DNA of 63,831 nucleotides, the filler included, from Xylographa opegraphella (Eukaryota): the NCBI GenBank assembly GCA_022813865.1. It is 5 parts of 5 records of this genome, joined end to end, with 100 filler letters (N's around TTAATTAATTAA, not from the genome) between each part and the next. Parts side by side here need not be neighbours in the genome. Positions count along the whole stretch, not along the records: positions 56,841 to 63,831 come from JALDZX010000204.1; 4 more parts are not named here. The stretch is one strand, 5' to 3'. Position 1 is the stretch's first letter; each line of letters begins with the position of its first letter. The notes beneath the pieces were generated by a model. The model ran no database searches, had not been told where the DNA came from, and saw nothing but the letters and a program-made list of their open reading frames with translations. The translations under genes were made by a program, and so were the position numbers. Below are positions 61,538-63,831 of this stretch, piece by piece.

Positions 61538-63831
61538 TATTATTATTAGTTATAAAAAAATTGAAATCAATAATCTTTTTTTTACTTGATGATTTTTTAA
61601 TAAATACATTAAAGTTCAACTAAACGATATACAATTAAAAATTAAAAAAATTATTAAAAATAATAATTATAATTATCGAAATTATAATTAAGGTCGAAAC
61701 GTCTATTGAACGTTATTAATTAATGAAAATTATACTTTTAAGTATGATATAAATATAATTAAAAACTTAATTAATAATAACGATAATTATAACGCTAGTT
61801 ATAAGAAAGATATAATGATTTATTATAATAATTATTTAAAAACAAAGATTTACCAACAAATTTTGCGGTCGACAATTTTATTATTTATTTAATATAATTT
61901 TTAAGTATAAAAAATATAAAGCGATTTTTTAAATAATAATTTTTATTTATATATCAAAGAAAAAAAATATTATTCGTTTATTATAATACGAGGCGTATAT
62001 TTAATTATAAAATTTACAAAATTGGTGAAATTTATTAAAGTTTAAACAATATCGATAATATTTCTTTAATTAATTGATTAATGATTTTTATTCTAATATA
62101 AACCCTGAAAAGGGCTTATACGAGATTAATTTATCAATATTTATATATATAAACGAAAAAGTCATTTAAAGAAAATATATATTTTTATATTTTTTAAATT
62201 ATTTATACGTTCGATTTATATATAGTTAATGAATATTGTAAATATTGTAACTATTCTTTTTTTAATTATTTAATTATTTTATAACGGCCGTTTTTAATAA
62301 TTCGTTAATTTTACGTTTATTATATTTTTATTAAAAAGGGCCTGGGCTTTAATAGTTAATTTTTATTATTTTTAATTATCGTTCGAATTTATTAATAATC
62401 ATAATAAAATATACGTCGTAAAATTATTTTCAAGTCGTAATTAATATATTATTAATTATTTATTTAAATTTCACCCTTTTTCAAATATAAAATAAAAATT
62501 TAAAAATTGATACTACAATAAAAAACGCGTTTTAATTACGTTAAACAGTTTTTAAATTCCACCATTTCGTACATTTAAAATTAATTATTTTATAAAATTT
62601 ATATTTATTACGCGTTTAAAAAAATTAAAACTCGATATTAAAATTCTTTAAAATTTAATATTAAAATAAAAATTACGTTAAACGACGGTTAAAATAAGTA
62701 ATTTTTTACGGTTTAAATATATAATCCTTTACGATTATTTATTCCGCGGAATATTAACCAATTATTTTGTATAAAATTAAAATTACGTAGCAAAACGTTT
62801 ATAAAGTTCTAAATTTAAATACTCGAAAGCGATAAGAAACTTTTGTTAATTATTATAAAAATAATCAACGAAACGATAATCAATCGTATATTAAATTACG
62901 AATTGCTAAAATCGCTTTAAAAATATAAACATAAATCTTTTTAAAAAAGAATGTAAAATATTATAACATTACAATTATTATAAATATAAAAATATAAAAA
63001 AACTCTCTATTTTATTATAATCACGAAAGCGGTCACGAGGCAAAAAAATACGAAAAATATAAAAACGTGAATACTACGCAATATACGCGAAAAAGAATTA
63101 TAAATTATAAATAAACGCGTGCTCGATATAGAAAAAAAAATTAATATTATTTTTAAATTTTTTTTTAATAAAATATTATATAAACGTACAACGCGAGTCG
63201 ATTTAATAATAAATAATAATTAAAGTTTTATATTTAATAAAAATAATCGAAAGTATAAATTTTATGAATAAATAATAATAAATAATATTAAATAAGCGCA
63301 AAAATCTCGACTTAAAAATTACGGCGAGATTATTTAAATAAAGCGTAGTTCGCTTTAATTAACGTAAAAAAAATCGAGAGATTCGTATTTTTGATATCGA
63401 TAATAAAAATAAATTATAATGTAAATAGTTAAAAAGATTTTAACTTTATAAACTTTTAATAAATTTATTTTTAAATTTATAAATAGTATAATATAATACT
63501 AATTGAACGTAATTTAATTATTATTAATAACCGTTTTATTAATTGAAAATATAAATATATTAACGATATAAAAATTAAAACGTAGCCCCGGCGTTATAAA
63601 ATTATATAACCCGAATAAATATAGTTTTTATTTTCTTAATAATTCGAATTTTTTATTGAATATATATATTTATACAAATAAAATAATTTATATCAATATA
63701 TAAAACTTAAACGCGATAAAAATAATAATTATAATATTAAAATTATTTATTAAATTAGCGTTAAATTAAAAATACGATATATTTATATAATATATATAAT
63801 TTATCTCTTTTATTAATAATATTTACAAAGG

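Overview
Eukaryotic (filamentous ascomycete, Pezizomycotina-type) DNA. This is not one locus. It is five unrelated contigs joined by artificial N-TTAATTAATTAA-N linkers (14852-14951, 28979-29078, 42983-43082, 56741-56840), and the three complete contigs decrease in length (about 14.0, 13.9 and 13.7 kb). Most of the window is extremely AT-rich, RIP-degraded transposon DNA: nested Ty3/gypsy chromoviruses (one complete, with LTRs and TSD), Ty1/copia ends with a half-tRNA-iMet PBS relic, and a long-TIR DNA element. Short, largely unmutated solo LTRs with perfect 5-bp TSDs are scattered through it. Small intron-containing gene islands encode a CCCH zinc-finger protein (3' truncated), a DUF1752/DUF3295 protein, MMS19, RAMP4/Ysy6, FMP32, phosphomannomutase SEC53 and ISD11. 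There is also a multiply disabled pseudogene and an apparently intact Fot1/pogo transposase just upstream of SEC53. Most notable: (1) two short LTR families that escape RIP share a 68-nt 3' core with a possible covarying stem-loop; (2) MMS19 is bracketed by about 1.45-kb inverted copia ends; (3) the pseudogene. All identifications are by eye and recall of protein families; no searches were run.
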